Source of the DNA: Octopus bimaculoides
Taxonomy: Eukaryota
Direction of reading: 5' to 3'
Length of the DNA stretch: 64,000 nt
NCBI RefSeq assembly: GCF_001194135.2
Contig: NC_068983.1
Coordinates: 16,927,638-16,991,637 of the forward strand
Shown here: piece by piece, positions 63,517-64,000 of the stretch
How positions within the stretch are numbered: the first letter of the stretch is position 1
How the letters are laid out: each line of letters starts with the position of its first letter
Translations under genes and position numbers: made by a program
Notes under the pieces: generated by a model
Database searches by the model: none
Seen by the model: the letters and a program-made list of their open reading frames with translations, nothing else
What the model was told of the DNA's origin: nothing

Positions 63517-64000
63517 GTGAGTAGTTTGTTGTTGTTGTTGTTGTTGAGCTTCAGATCAGTGTTAACTGAATAGAAATTGGATCATTGGACATTCCAACGA
63601 TAACCTGTGTGTGCATGTCCCCTCTGTCTGTCATTAATGACCATAGACGAAGGTTCTAGTTGTCTGCTTCACTGGTACAGAATTTCAGTGTCATTGTTAG
63701 CTTTTGAATTTCTGATTTCACTTCCCCAGAATTTTATTTGAGTAATAAAACAGACTTCTTTTATTGATTTTTCTTTTTTTCTTCTTGGAAATAAATCCCA
63801 GTACAGTAATAATACAATAATTTTTAGAATATTAGTTCTCCTGTCGGTTAATTATTTTGCACCTAAAATATGTTATTTTTAAATGTTATATTGTTGATAT
63901 ATGACATATTGTAGTATATCATCTGATTCTCCATGGCAGGCTAGGATTAAATTGGATTAATGAACAGGAATCAAAAATACATGCGTTTTTAAATAACTTC

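Overview
Eukaryotic (animal) genomic DNA, about 35% GC by eye, with many N gaps. The repeat families look like those of octopus/coleoid cephalopods (my inference from recognising them; not verified by search). One host gene dominates: a + strand TBL1/TBL1XR1 (ebi) orthologue, the LisH + WD40 subunit of the NCoR/SMRT-HDAC3 corepressor. I traced nine coding exons by hand (16006-16063, 31179-31324, 35161-35311, 55120-55252, 58094-58232, 60180-60243, 60411-60508, 62420-62480, 63395-63516). All introns are GT-AG and the phases join into an open 972-nt (324 aa) frame; the C-terminus lies beyond the window. The introns are filled with tRNA-derived SINEs, a (GAT)n-tailed modular repeat, RTE-type LINE relics, Tc1/mariner, pogo/Tigger and piggyBac relics, two TTAA-flanked MITE families and microsatellites. 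Almost all ORFs in the supplied track are repeat, microsatellite or N-gap artefacts. I see no clearly novel protein-coding system. The best leads are hypotheses: a sense piggyBac relic with an in-frame splice acceptor (possible exon trap), a CpG-retaining region in coding intron 3 (possible internal promoter), tandem decayed hammerhead-like motifs, overlapping uORFs, and inverted SINE pairs that could form dsRNA or circRNA.
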